Below are positions 19,285-28,369 of a DNA stretch of 64,000 nt, piece by piece. The stretch's first letter is position 1, and every line of letters begins with the position of its first letter. The DNA comes from a virus. Made by a program: the position numbers and the translations under genes. Below the pieces are notes generated by a model that had not been told where the DNA came from, did not search any database, and saw only the letters and a list, made by a program, of their open reading frames with translations. Location of the stretch: IMG/VR virus record IMGVR_UViG_3300042555_002918, positions 64,001 through 128,000 of that record, one strand, 5' to 3'.

Positions 19285-19680
19285 CTAACGGAGGTAGGAA
19301 CGAACTGTCCAATATCCCGAGTCAATCTTGCGGGCTCCTTCCGGGAGCCTGGACGTAACGAAGATTGATGCCGGAACTACGATCCTCTCATTTTCCTCAG
19401 TAATTGTGACACGCACGGTCTGTACGCTCACATTACCATTTGGAAAGGCGAACTCTTTCAATTCATCGATTAGTTGGTAACTGTAGGTAGTCCAAATTTG
19501 CCCCCGCACAACGTCAGTGCCACGTGAGATAAATCCAGCATCTCCCCCAACGTCATAAAGGCTGCCGGTCGTCGAGCACTGAGCCTCACCAGCAAGAATC
19601 TCAAATCCATGATAAGGGCCGTCCCCTGGCAAGAGCGTTACTTTGAGATTGTTGAAAACAAAAAGGACTCGGTTTGACAT
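19285..19680 (-). CDS. Gamma-glutamylcyclotransferase/AIG2-like protein (divergent)
   Basis: LFVFNNLK, GSLYDVG, VRGQIW, IDSGYW pattern. Confidence 0.5.
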   Translation of the reverse strand: MSNRVLFVFNNLKVTLLPGDGPYHGFEILAGEAQCSTTGSLYDVGGDAGFISRGTDVVRGQIWTTYSYQLIDELKEFAFPNGNVSVQTVRVTITEENERIVVPASIFVTSRLPEGARKIDSGYWTVRSYLR

Positions 19681-19727
19681 CTTACAAGCCTATTAACTGC
19701 TTGTATTTATCCGACCGAGACCGGGCA

Positions 19728-20030
19728 CTATTCCCGAGTTAATGGGGAATCAACATCACCATTTTCAACAATTTTCACCTGCTCATAGGGACCAACATGA
19801 TGTCGGTACATTTCAAGTTTAGCGCACTCAAGGATGCCGGTTATTTCATTGAAGTCCGTGTAGTTTGGAAGCCTGTCCCCGTAAACCTCCAATATCAGCC
19901 GCGAAATGATGTAATTGATCTGTCCGGCTGGGGACTTTCGCTCCTCTGAAATGAATCGCTTTACTTCCCCTGCCAAGGCACCAACTTTAGCGTCGTATCG
20001 TTCTCTGTCGTTTTGTGGAATGTACGGCAT
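19728..20030 (-). CDS. Conserved phage hypothetical protein
   Basis: MPYI..., GQINYII, GILECAKLEMYR, PYEQVKIVENGDV. Confidence 0.7.
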   Translation of the reverse strand: MPYIPQNDRERYDAKVGALAGEVKRFISEERKSPAGQINYIISRLILEVYGDRLPNYTDFNEITGILECAKLEMYRHHVGPYEQVKIVENGDVDSPLTRE

Positions 20031-20052
20031 AAACACCTCTAATAATGGGTAC

Positions 20053-20087
20053 AGAATACCCAGTATTAGAGAGCGCCGGACATTACC
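20053..20087 (-). promoter_or_regulatory. GGTAATG-class promoter
   Basis: GGTAATGTCCGGC-N16-TATTCT. Confidence 0.75.
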
Positions 20088-20096
20088 CTGTAGAGA

Positions 20097-20771
20097 TTAA
20101 CGTTCTGTCTCGTAGCGATTCAGGCCGCGAGCAAAGGCGTGAAAAAGGTCGGCCAGGTCCTTATGTTCCTTGACCTTGGCACTCTGAGCCTTAACTCTGG
20201 GATGGTCTTCACCATGAACTTTAAACATCTCACGAAGCTTATCCTCGCCGTTAAGGGCCATCTGAACATGCTTTTCATGGGCTTTGAGGGCTGAGACCTT
20301 CAGGTGTTCAACTTCAAAATCATCGCCTACCTTATGAGCTGCCTTAAAGCCCTGAGCATATGCCGGGTGGTCCTGGGCAGACCCTTCCCCAAACCAAATG
20401 CCAACTACCGGGCGAGGTGCTGAGACCCCTTGAGACTCAGTAAGGTGCTGTTTGTTATATGCTTTTCGCCGAGCAGCTTTCAGCGGAAGGCGCCCTGCTT
20501 TGGAAAGTCCCGAAAGGATTCCGTCGTGGACACCCTGAAGCTTAGATATTTGCGTTTGGTGCCGCTTAGCTTGTGCGCTGTTTCCGCGTTTCAATGCTGC
20601 GGAAAGGCTTGCGGTATGTTGGGTAATCATCTCCCTTGCTGCGGATAAGCTATTATCAACAGCGTGATGAGAGGACGCCCCCTTCTTCAAATGGACAGAT
20701 GTCTCAGTTTCCCAAGTACGAAAGTTTGCTGTATATGGGTCGTTTACCGACTCGCTTACGGAGGTAGCCAT
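20097..20771 (-). CDS. His/Ala/Lys-rich hypothetical protein, possible internal head protein
   Basis: Composition; LTE gp21-type cleavage motif. Confidence 0.5.
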   Translation of the reverse strand: MATSVSESVNDPYTANFRTWETETSVHLKKGASSHHAVDNSLSAAREMITQHTASLSAALKRGNSAQAKRHQTQISKLQGVHDGILSGLSKAGRLPLKAARRKAYNKQHLTESQGVSAPRPVVGIWFGEGSAQDHPAYAQGFKAAHKVGDDFEVEHLKVSALKAHEKHVQMALNGEDKLREMFKVHGEDHPRVKAQSAKVKEHKDLADLFHAFARGLNRYETER

Positions 20772-20791
20772 AGGTGACTGCCATCCTTGAA

Positions 20792-21211
20792 TTAGTTCAT
20801 GAGTTTGGGGTTATAGCGTCGGACTCCGAACTTCTCATCGTCGGTAAGACCAGCAGAGTGGACGTCTTCTACCCCAGCGGCTTGGAAAAAGCGTTGACGG
20901 TCAAAACGAGGATTAGACTTGCTGAAAACGTCAGCATGGTGCTGTGCCATCTCAGCTCGTTTCTTAGTGTCAGATATTGCCTTAATTGAATCAGCGGCAA
21001 GTTGAAAGTGTTTACGGGTAAGGCGACCCTCGGCCAGAAGCTCTTCGTTCTGCTCCTTCACAAGAACACCAGTTTTAATCAGAAGTTCCACGTATTCTCG
21101 AATCTGCTTCTCGTATTGAGCATCGAGAATATCTTTAGCTTCTTTAACGAAATCCATCAGGTCTTCGTTCTTGATGTTCTGGACAAACTTTCGAGTCATA
21201 TATGCCGTCAA
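20792..21211 (-). CDS. Possible prohead-core (gp67-like) fusion protein
   Basis: Helical N-terminus, LAE motif, then TRKHF...NPRFDRQRF domain; AATAAATA upstream. Confidence 0.45.
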   Translation of the reverse strand: MTAYMTRKFVQNIKNEDLMDFVKEAKDILDAQYEKQIREYVELLIKTGVLVKEQNEELLAEGRLTRKHFQLAADSIKAISDTKKRAEMAQHHADVFSKSNPRFDRQRFFQAAGVEDVHSAGLTDDEKFGVRRYNPKLMN

Positions 21212-21241
21212 ATATTATTAACTTCCGTTAGCCGAATCTAT

Positions 21242-21478
21242 TTATTCGCTCTTCACGCCCTCTCTCTCAAGAATTGCCAAAGCTTCATCCAAATCCATAA
21301 AAGAGGAGATATCAAATTGATCCCGTTCACCTCGTACTAGCACCTCTCCCTTACACCGAAGCTCAAGGCGGCCCTGGCGGAAATGGATCTCAATTTGTTT
21401 TTTGTTTGAAAGACGTCCAACCCAGGACGATGGACAACTAAAGGAGGTCTGAGTGAGGCTTGCCTTTACAATCTTCAT
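21242..21478 (-). CDS. Hypothetical protein
   Basis: ORF downstream of a GGTAATG-class promoter. Confidence 0.55.
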   Translation of the reverse strand: MKIVKASLTQTSFSCPSSWVGRLSNKKQIEIHFRQGRLELRCKGEVLVRGERDQFDISSFMDLDEALAILEREGVKSE

Positions 21479-21537
21479 ATCACCGCTTCGCTTGATTTTC
21501 CTTGTACAACTATTTAGGACTCAACATCGGCAAACCA

Positions 21538-21572
21538 ACGCTATCAGAACTATCAGTAAGGCGAGCATTACC
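21538..21572 (-). promoter_or_regulatory. GGTAATG-class promoter
   Basis: GGTAATGCTCGCC-N16-TAGCGT. Confidence 0.7.
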
Positions 21573-23549
21573 TTATATTGCTTCGTGACGAGCTCCTGAC
21601 TCAATAATGAGGTACTGTGTTGTTCCAATCTGTAAAATCAGTGGGGTTGGATACTTGGAACCGGGCTTCTTAAACCTCCAGTGGTCTCGCCCTCCATTGC
21701 CGTTACCGGAGTATCGACCAGCTTCGATGAATCGTCCCTTCTTGTGCACGGGCCGCTTTACCTTCCAGGTCGTAATTGACCCGCCCTTGCTCTTATATAC
21801 AAGGGTTGCGTCCTCTAGCTGTCCCGTTGGGAGAGCCTCATACAGCTTTGCCTTCTGCCCTAGGGCGTGAGAAAGAACTACCAGCTTACCGTCGGAGTCT
21901 GCCGTAGGTTTATACAGGTCTTGGGCTCGTTTAGTTCCTTCGACCACGGAATCCCCGTTGAAGATATACCCTTCCTTTGGTGTGAAACTTGTAACTAAGT
22001 CGCTTTTGTTATCGGCGTCATTTTCCTCAAAGTCTACGGAGGGAGCTGGTATAACAGGAATCGGAACCACTACGCCTATACCGGCGGCAATTTCTGTAAG
22101 TTCAGAATAATGGGCGCGGATGAAGTTTCCGGTTGTGAATGGGCTATCAAAAAACGTGAGAGGACCTTCAGTTAATACGACCCTTCCCGCTTTGAGCACG
22201 TTACCGCCTCTAGCCTCAATCTTTGTATCGTTACCCTCAATTTGAACATCACCTTTGGCTTTTACCTTAATCTCTCCCTCAACAGCTACATTAAGGTCCC
22301 CTTTGATAAGGATGCGCACATCGCCATCGACTACGGTATATGCGTTCTTTGCAATTTTCGTGTTGGCATTGCCTCCGACTTTGACGTTTAAATCGCTTCC
22401 TGAGTCCTGATTCATCGCTCCGCCAGACTCCAGAGTAACCTCCTGTATGCCGAGGGCTCGTAAAGTCTCCTTAGCGGTAATGTTGACGCTCTTCTCTGAA
22501 ACGTAACTTGAGTTACCCAGTGCCAAGTCAAACCGGTCATTTACCGCTTTGTCGACCTGCTTTCCATCGGGGTGAATCTCTTTAAATGTTCCGCTTCGAT
22601 GGAAGAAATGAAGTCTCTCTGCCAGTGGGGTATCATCGTATTCGATTACGTGCCCTGACTCTGACTCGTAAACGTGGTTAAATGGATACTGGGCAGCATA
22701 AGGTGTTTCTGGTTCTCCCATCGACTCGCCGTCAGATGCTTTATCGGTCCCTACACCCATGGCGGCATGTGTTGCAGTCGGCGCAGTCAGAGACGCCCCC
22801 TTCTTTCTTGCTACAAGGGTTTGATCCGTATTTTCATTCCTCGCTAATCGGCTTGCTACTGATTCTCTGAGTTGATGCTCAAGGGGATATCTTGAAATTG
22901 GGACCTGGGGGGTGTCCGCTGGACCTGCGCCGTCAAAGAAATCTCCCTCATCATCGCCTGAGCCAGTAGTTCCGTCTTGGTCAGGGTCTATAAGAAGTGA
23001 TGCGTCAGATGAATCGTATTTTCCGTCTCCATTGACATCATATGGGAAAGGATTTACCCCGAACTCTTTAGCAAGTTGTCCGGTCGATGTTGACTGAATT
23101 GGCAACTTGTCGGGATTTTCATATTTACCAGTGGCAGACTCCCCCGACTCTGATGATTCAGGTGTTGGAGGAGGAATCATCTCTGGGGGACGGGCGACTT
23201 TACCGGCAATCAGGTTTTCGTCTGGGGTTGGATCGTTATACCCCTCATTTGGATTTGCTGGCTTCTCGGGAATCCCGGGAATCTTACCCAGGATTATAGG
23301 ATACTGCTTTGCTTCGCCGTCTCTAAAATACCCAGCAACAAAATCTCCCTCTTTGTATCCAACAACGTTCTTTCCATCATCGGCCGGGAGTAACGGCATC
23401 GCCCACGGTAAGCTATCAGTGGGCATCTTTTGCTTGTCGGCATCGTGAAATCCGATTGCTCGAACCCTTACTCTTCCGATGAAAAGTGGGTCGTTTCTGT
23501 CCTCTACGACACCCTCAAAGAGAATCAGTTCTTTTCCGCCGAAAAACAT
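21573..23549 (-). CDS. gp5: Baseplate hub/central spike, without lysozyme domain
   Basis: OB-fold GVVEDRNDPLFIGRVRVR..LPWA; YPFNHVYESESGHVIEYDDTP..ERLH..HRSGT; beta-helix repeats. Confidence 0.88.
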   Translation of the reverse strand: MFFGGKELILFEGVVEDRNDPLFIGRVRVRAIGFHDADKQKMPTDSLPWAMPLLPADDGKNVVGYKEGDFVAGYFRDGEAKQYPIILGKIPGIPEKPANPNEGYNDPTPDENLIAGKVARPPEMIPPPTPESSESGESATGKYENPDKLPIQSTSTGQLAKEFGVNPFPYDVNGDGKYDSSDASLLIDPDQDGTTGSGDDEGDFFDGAGPADTPQVPISRYPLEHQLRESVASRLARNENTDQTLVARKKGASLTAPTATHAAMGVGTDKASDGESMGEPETPYAAQYPFNHVYESESGHVIEYDDTPLAERLHFFHRSGTFKEIHPDGKQVDKAVNDRFDLALGNSSYVSEKSVNITAKETLRALGIQEVTLESGGAMNQDSGSDLNVKVGGNANTKIAKNAYTVVDGDVRILIKGDLNVAVEGEIKVKAKGDVQIEGNDTKIEARGGNVLKAGRVVLTEGPLTFFDSPFTTGNFIRAHYSELTEIAAGIGVVVPIPVIPAPSVDFEENDADNKSDLVTSFTPKEGYIFNGDSVVEGTKRAQDLYKPTADSDGKLVVLSHALGQKAKLYEALPTGQLEDATLVYKSKGGSITTWKVKRPVHKKGRFIEAGRYSGNGNGGRDHWRFKKPGSKYPTPLILQIGTTQYLIIESGARHEAI

Positions 23550-23564
23550 AGTGGTTATTTATGC

Positions 23565-24419
23565 TCAAAAATTCGTTATTAGATATTCAGATACCGAACC
23601 GCGCCCCTTTCCCTTGCATGAGATATTCCGAGGAGCCTTCACCTCAATGAAAGTGTATCCCGAGAAAATGTCCTCAGTTTCCTTACACTTGGAATTGGAC
23701 AAAATTACCTTCATCCCAAGGTCAGTCAGCTTGTCCACCTTTCGGCGCAGTTTACGTTGTTCAGAAAGTCCAAACTGTTTCCAATATCCAGTAAAGCTTG
23801 CAGTCTTTGATATTGGTATATAAGGAGGGTCTATGTACGCCAGAACGGAGGCCCCTTCCTTTGCTGTAGGGATGGCCACCTTGTCCAAAAACCTACTCCA
23901 GTCTGCACAGTGCAAAGATGCATTGGCGCTTAAAATCGAAGAGACATCTTCAAGGTGCTCATATGGCAAAGTCGGCAGTGACTTATACTTACCAGCCGGA
24001 ACATTAAATTCACCCTGAGAGTTGTAACGAATCAGTCCGTTGAATCCTCTCTTATTGAGAAAATAAAACATAGCTGCTTGTTCGTGAGGGGGAGAGCGGC
24101 GCTCGTTAAACGCCTGTCTTACTTCCAGATACAGCTTAGTCGGGTCGGAATCTTTAAGCGTGTCGACGAGTTTCTGGAAGTTTTCTGATACCGCCCGAGG
24201 GTTGATGGATATTTGCCTCCAGAAATTTACAAGATCCGGATTAGCGTCGTTTAATGCCATGTATGGATATCGTCGTCCAATGTTTAATGCGACGGATGCT
24301 CCCCCGACAAATGGCTCCACATACAGATCTACACTCCCCCGGGGCAACGCGGTGTCGATTGCGTCAAGTAACGCATATTTACCGCCCGGATATTTGAGGA
24401 GAGATCTAGTCCAACCCAT
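23565..24419 (-). CDS. dam: DNA adenine methyltransferase (D12/Dam family)
   Basis: LKYPGGK, YVEPFVGG, FNGLIRYN..FNVP, DPPY. Confidence 0.92.
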   Translation of the reverse strand: MGWTRSLLKYPGGKYALLDAIDTALPRGSVDLYVEPFVGGASVALNIGRRYPYMALNDANPDLVNFWRQISINPRAVSENFQKLVDTLKDSDPTKLYLEVRQAFNERRSPPHEQAAMFYFLNKRGFNGLIRYNSQGEFNVPAGKYKSLPTLPYEHLEDVSSILSANASLHCADWSRFLDKVAIPTAKEGASVLAYIDPPYIPISKTASFTGYWKQFGLSEQRKLRRKVDKLTDLGMKVILSNSKCKETEDIFSGYTFIEVKAPRNISCKGKGRGSVSEYLITNF

Positions 24420-25057
24420 TATTCCCCTTCATCCACGGCAGCCGGACTACCTTCGGAATGAACAGTCTGCGCTCCTTGTTCCTCTCCGAGTTCAAGGAGG
24501 ATTTGGGAAAACAGCTCCCTGTCCTTTGGTGAAACCCTAAAGTCATGATCAAGAGTTGCACTCATATTCATAAGAATATAGCCAAGGGCGTCATGAATGT
24601 AGTCGATACAAAGCCTCTTGGCCTCATCTGAGAGGTCTTGTCTTGCTTGAATGTTTTCTCCTCCTGAAGAGGCAAACACTCCAATCACACTTGTAAGCAC
24701 TGACATGCCAATCATGTAGCCGAATGACTTACCGATCTTTATGAGCCTGTGTCCCTTCTCCAGGCTTGAAAACGTCGTCCCTCGACGTGCCAACACTTTT
24801 TGGACCATCGGCGTAGCCATTGCGGAAAACCTCATGCTTTTGTCGCTTGGGTCGTGGATAAACACCTGCAACGTTTTGTCGAGCTTAGCGGCGAGCTCTG
24901 CTACGGGACTCTTTCGCACTTCCCTAACAGCCCTTGCCGAAAGCCTTAAAATGAGAGTACCAGCCTCAGAAACCCCTTCAGTCAGAGCTTGCTCAAAAGT
25001 CCTTTCCTGAATTTTAGCTATGGTGCCTTGAGTAGTTGTCATCGTCGGTTCTTCCAC
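24419..25057 (-). CDS. Hypothetical protein
   Basis: ORF coupled between primase and dam. Confidence 0.55.
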   Translation of the reverse strand: MEEPTMTTTQGTIAKIQERTFEQALTEGVSEAGTLILRLSARAVREVRKSPVAELAAKLDKTLQVFIHDPSDKSMRFSAMATPMVQKVLARRGTTFSSLEKGHRLIKIGKSFGYMIGMSVLTSVIGVFASSGGENIQARQDLSDEAKRLCIDYIHDALGYILMNMSATLDHDFRVSPKDRELFSQILLELGEEQGAQTVHSEGSPAAVDEGE

Positions 25058-26037
25058 TTAATCATTTTTAGTCTAGCCGCTTGTCCCTTATGGGAATTTG
25101 AAAGGATAAACGCCGATATTTCCCTCACGGTTGCGCCGTTCTTGACCATCTCGTTAATGTCCTTACCTTTGAAGGGACAGTCTGCCCAAATACAAACCGA
25201 CCGATCCTCACTTAGAGCCTTCTCCATGTTCTTAACGATCTGAGGATTTTCCGGCTCGTTGTCGAATATCAGTATTGAGTTTACGTCGGGAAACGATCTG
25301 CAGAACATTCCCAGCTCGGCATGACAGACCGCTACTGCATTAGGGAGGAACAGTGCATCAATTGGCCCTTCGGTCACCAAGACCGGCAGGTTGGGATTCA
25401 TTCGTTCAAGACCAAAGAAGCACTTTTGATCGTCGCTTTTGGCCGTTGCATACCGAATGGGAGAGCCGTTCATACTCCTACCGGAAATAGCGACGAGCTC
25501 CCTTTTGGTGTTGTAAATCGGGATAACTAATCTCTCATCTTCAGGAAATCGCCCGCCCTTACCGGGAAACACCTCTTCTACAAGCTCTCGGTAATTAGCT
25601 GTGTAAAAGAGAAGCTTGTGTCGAGAGGAAGGAATTTGCCGGGAGGAGACGTACATTCTGGCTACGTGGTCCTCTGGAAGAGAGAGAATGTTTACCATCC
25701 TATCGTAGCTATCTTTCTTGACCGACACTAGCTTAGGGATGAATGTGAACTTATAGCTTGGCTCCTCTTGTACCGATTCCTTTCTCCACTCTGACCAGGT
25801 GCCTTCGTCCAGATGCCGGAGCAGGCTGCCGAAGCTTTTTGCCTCTCCGCAGTTCTGACATTTAAAGAAGGTCTTCCCCTGATACACGTAGACGTATCCG
25901 CGAGCTTTCCATCTGACTTTCTTTGAATCGCCACACAGTGGACATGAGAAATTGGCCTTGAATTGCTCAAGCTCTTTGAAATTTCGCAGACGATGCGAAA
26001 CCAAATTCAGGAATTTGAAATCCGTGTGTACACCCAC
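25039..26037 (-). CDS. gp61: DNA primase (likely GTG start at 26037)
   Basis: CPLCGDS Zn ribbon, CQNC, TEGPIDALF, FDNEP, KDINEM. Confidence 0.92.
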   Translation of the reverse strand: MGVHTDFKFLNLVSHRLRNFKELEQFKANFSCPLCGDSKKVRWKARGYVYVYQGKTFFKCQNCGEAKSFGSLLRHLDEGTWSEWRKESVQEEPSYKFTFIPKLVSVKKDSYDRMVNILSLPEDHVARMYVSSRQIPSSRHKLLFYTANYRELVEEVFPGKGGRFPEDERLVIPIYNTKRELVAISGRSMNGSPIRYATAKSDDQKCFFGLERMNPNLPVLVTEGPIDALFLPNAVAVCHAELGMFCRSFPDVNSILIFDNEPENPQIVKNMEKALSEDRSVCIWADCPFKGKDINEMVKNGATVREISAFILSNSHKGQAARLKMIKWKNRR

Positions 26038-26043
26038 GAGCAT

Positions 26044-26132
26044 ATAGTACATGCCGTGATCTATAGCCGGGCATTACCCAACCCTGCTTTGTCAAAAGGT
26101 AATGTTCTCCGCCTTTGCCGATTAGCTAACCT
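26044..26132. promoter_or_regulatory. Back-to-back GGTAATG-class promoters (primase / ardC)
   Basis: - strand GGTAATGCCCGGC-N16-TACTAT (26078-26044); + strand GGTAATGTTCTCC-N16-TAACCT (26098-26132). Confidence 0.7.
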
Positions 26133-26221
26133 CTTGAAATTATATCACCCAAACAAATTGTTTGAAGGCGGACCACTGACCATGATACAATTGACACATT
26201 GGTTGTTTTTAGCGGGGTTGT

Positions 26222-27097
26222 ATGGCTGTAAAAACTGACATCTACGAAATCATTACTGAGCGTATTATTTCCCGCATTGAGAGTGAGGGTACGTTACCTT
26301 GGCAACAACCGTGGGGGAACTATCAAGGTGTCTCGGGCCAGCCTCAGAACTTTGTGACTAAAAAGCCATACCGGGGATGTAACGTCTGGATTCTTGCCGC
26401 TGCAAACTATCGCTCGCCCTATTGGTTAACTTTCAAACAGGCTCAATCTTTGGGAGGGACCGTCAAGAAAGGCGAAAAGGGCGTCCCAGTGATCTATTGG
26501 CAGTGGATAGAGAAAAAGGACAAAGAGGGAGAGAGAATCCCCCTCCTTCGATATTTTACAGTATTTAACGTAGAACAGTGCGAGGGATTCGAGGTTCCAC
26601 AGCTTGAGGAAGCTCCTGTTAACACCGACCAGGGCTTTGAGTCTGCAGAGAGAGTCATTGAGAACATGAAGAATCGACCGAAAATAAGATTTAACGGTCA
26701 TTCTGCCTACTACTCTCCTTCGGAAGACCTTGTCGTAATACCGAGTAAGTCCGACTTCACTTCGACAGCTGAGTTCTACAATACGACTTTCCATGAGCTT
26801 ATCCATTCGACCGGCCACTCTAGCCGATGTGCCAGGATGAAGACTCTTCAAGACTGGAATAGGTATGGCTCAGACCCATACGCTAAAGAAGAGCTCGTCG
26901 CGGAGATGGGGGCGAGCTTCCTCTGTGGAGTCGCTGGGATTGAGTCAAAGGTCGAGGATAACAGCGTAGCCTACCTTCAGGGGTGGATTAGCCGTCTTAA
27001 AGGGGACAAGAAGCTCCTTATACAGGCGGCAGCACAGGCCCAGAGAGCAGCGGACTACGTGCTTGGGACAACCGATAACAACGAACAGGAGGGATAA
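26222..27097 (+). CDS. ardC: ArdC-family antirestriction/ssDNA-binding protein
   Basis: PWQQPW, YRGCN, WLTFKQA..LGGTVKKGEKG, VFNVEQ, HELIHSTGH, EELVAEMGA. Confidence 0.92.
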   Translation: MAVKTDIYEIITERIISRIESEGTLPWQQPWGNYQGVSGQPQNFVTKKPYRGCNVWILAAANYRSPYWLTFKQAQSLGGTVKKGEKGVPVIYWQWIEKKDKEGERIPLLRYFTVFNVEQCEGFEVPQLEEAPVNTDQGFESAERVIENMKNRPKIRFNGHSAYYSPSEDLVVIPSKSDFTSTAEFYNTTFHELIHSTGHSSRCARMKTLQDWNRYGSDPYAKEELVAEMGASFLCGVAGIESKVEDNSVAYLQGWISRLKGDKKLLIQAAAQAQRAADYVLGTTDNNEQEG

Positions 27098-27402
27098 TGT
27101 GGTTTTGTTTTAATGATGGATTCATCAGTGCAGTGCAGCATCGAGACGAGCCGGATATGCTTGTAGTAAGAGCGAGACGCAGGGATATCCTGGGTAACCT
27201 CTTTCCCGAGCACAAGGTAATTGTCGGTGGGTCTACCGACTACAATTACCGGGTCTTCATTGGAAAAAAGGACTTTAGCGCAGTTGTGGCAAAGCGTATC
27301 CAGGCCATCGACTACTCCAATTTCAAGAACAGCGTAGAAGACGACGACCTACACGCTCTGTATGCTGACTTCTGGCAGCTACACTACGCATATCAAAGGT
27401 GA
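27097..27402 (+). CDS. Conserved hypothetical protein
   Basis: MWFCFNDGFISAV..LVVRAR..DYNYR..IDYSNFK; coupled to ardC. Confidence 0.7.
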   Translation: MWFCFNDGFISAVQHRDEPDMLVVRARRRDILGNLFPEHKVIVGGSTDYNYRVFIGKKDFSAVVAKRIQAIDYSNFKNSVEDDDLHALYADFWQLHYAYQR

Positions 27403-27417
27403 CCTAACCCGCTCGAC

Positions 27418-28332
27418 CTATCGGTCCTTAAGGTCCATTAGAATCTGCTTAGGGTCCTCAGGCTCATTTGGCACAACGTGTGCGTGCCAAACGTGGATGG
27501 GCTCCATGTTTGAAAAATGGGAGCCTGGCGGAAGGATTGTCGGCGTTGGATGTACTTTCAGTGTCGTGTGCCTTGGAAGTAAGTACTCATGTTCGTTGCC
27601 GACCGCAGAGTGTTCTCCGACGTACAATCCTCTCTGTCCCTTTTTAAGATGAATATGAAGCACGTGGTTGGCGCGGGCATCACCCTCTTCCGAAAGAGGC
27701 TTGGAAAACACCACAGCCGTCTTTTTGTTGATAGACGTGGATGTATAGGCTGGGAGGTGAATTTTGTTCTCTGAATTTAGAGCGGCTTTCCGCCCAGGGT
27801 GAAACCCCACTCCTGAATAGACGTGGAGGTCGTGTTTAAGTCTGTGGTGTTTTACGGCCTCATCCAAGTGCGGGATGCTGTGCTCCGCTATATTATCCCC
27901 AGGGTGAGTCTTTGTGATATGGTGCTGTAGAAGAGCCCTATTAAGACGACTGCTTTCCTCGGTATACTTCTTAACTGCTTTTCGGTGCCCATCTGAAAAA
28001 TCATGATGCGGTTGTAGTCCAGCCAAGGTTTCATGGACATTGGAGTAGGTTTCTCCTATGTGCGAATTGTCGTTTTGGCTCCTCCATTCGGCGTACTTGA
28101 CTGCGCGGGCGGCCTGAGCACTCTCATCTACCTTTTTAAGAGGCTTTTTATTGGCTGAAGAGTGGCCGCCGTGGCTATCGACAACGGTGGGGGTGCCTTT
28201 ATAGGTGGGGGGCCTATCCTGAGCGTGACTTCCGTGCGTATCGACCACAACGGCAGTTCCCCTATAGCGGGTAACCGACTTTTGTCCGCCTAATCCGGCA
28301 ATAGACTTCAGATATTGAAGAAACGTTTTCAT
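27418..28332 (-). CDS. ADP-ribosyltransferase (Alt/VIP2-like) with capsid-targeting-like N-terminus
   Basis: MKTFLQYLKS; YTEESSRLN, VYSG, YTSTS, NEHEYLLPR; late promoter at 28358-28365. Confidence 0.8.
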   Translation of the reverse strand: MKTFLQYLKSIAGLGGQKSVTRYRGTAVVVDTHGSHAQDRPPTYKGTPTVVDSHGGHSSANKKPLKKVDESAQAARAVKYAEWRSQNDNSHIGETYSNVHETLAGLQPHHDFSDGHRKAVKKYTEESSRLNRALLQHHITKTHPGDNIAEHSIPHLDEAVKHHRLKHDLHVYSGVGFHPGRKAALNSENKIHLPAYTSTSINKKTAVVFSKPLSEEGDARANHVLHIHLKKGQRGLYVGEHSAVGNEHEYLLPRHTTLKVHPTPTILPPGSHFSNMEPIHVWHAHVVPNEPEDPKQILMDLKDR

Positions 28333-28369
28333 AGCGGGGTACCACAAACTCCCCCACTATTTAGGTGCG

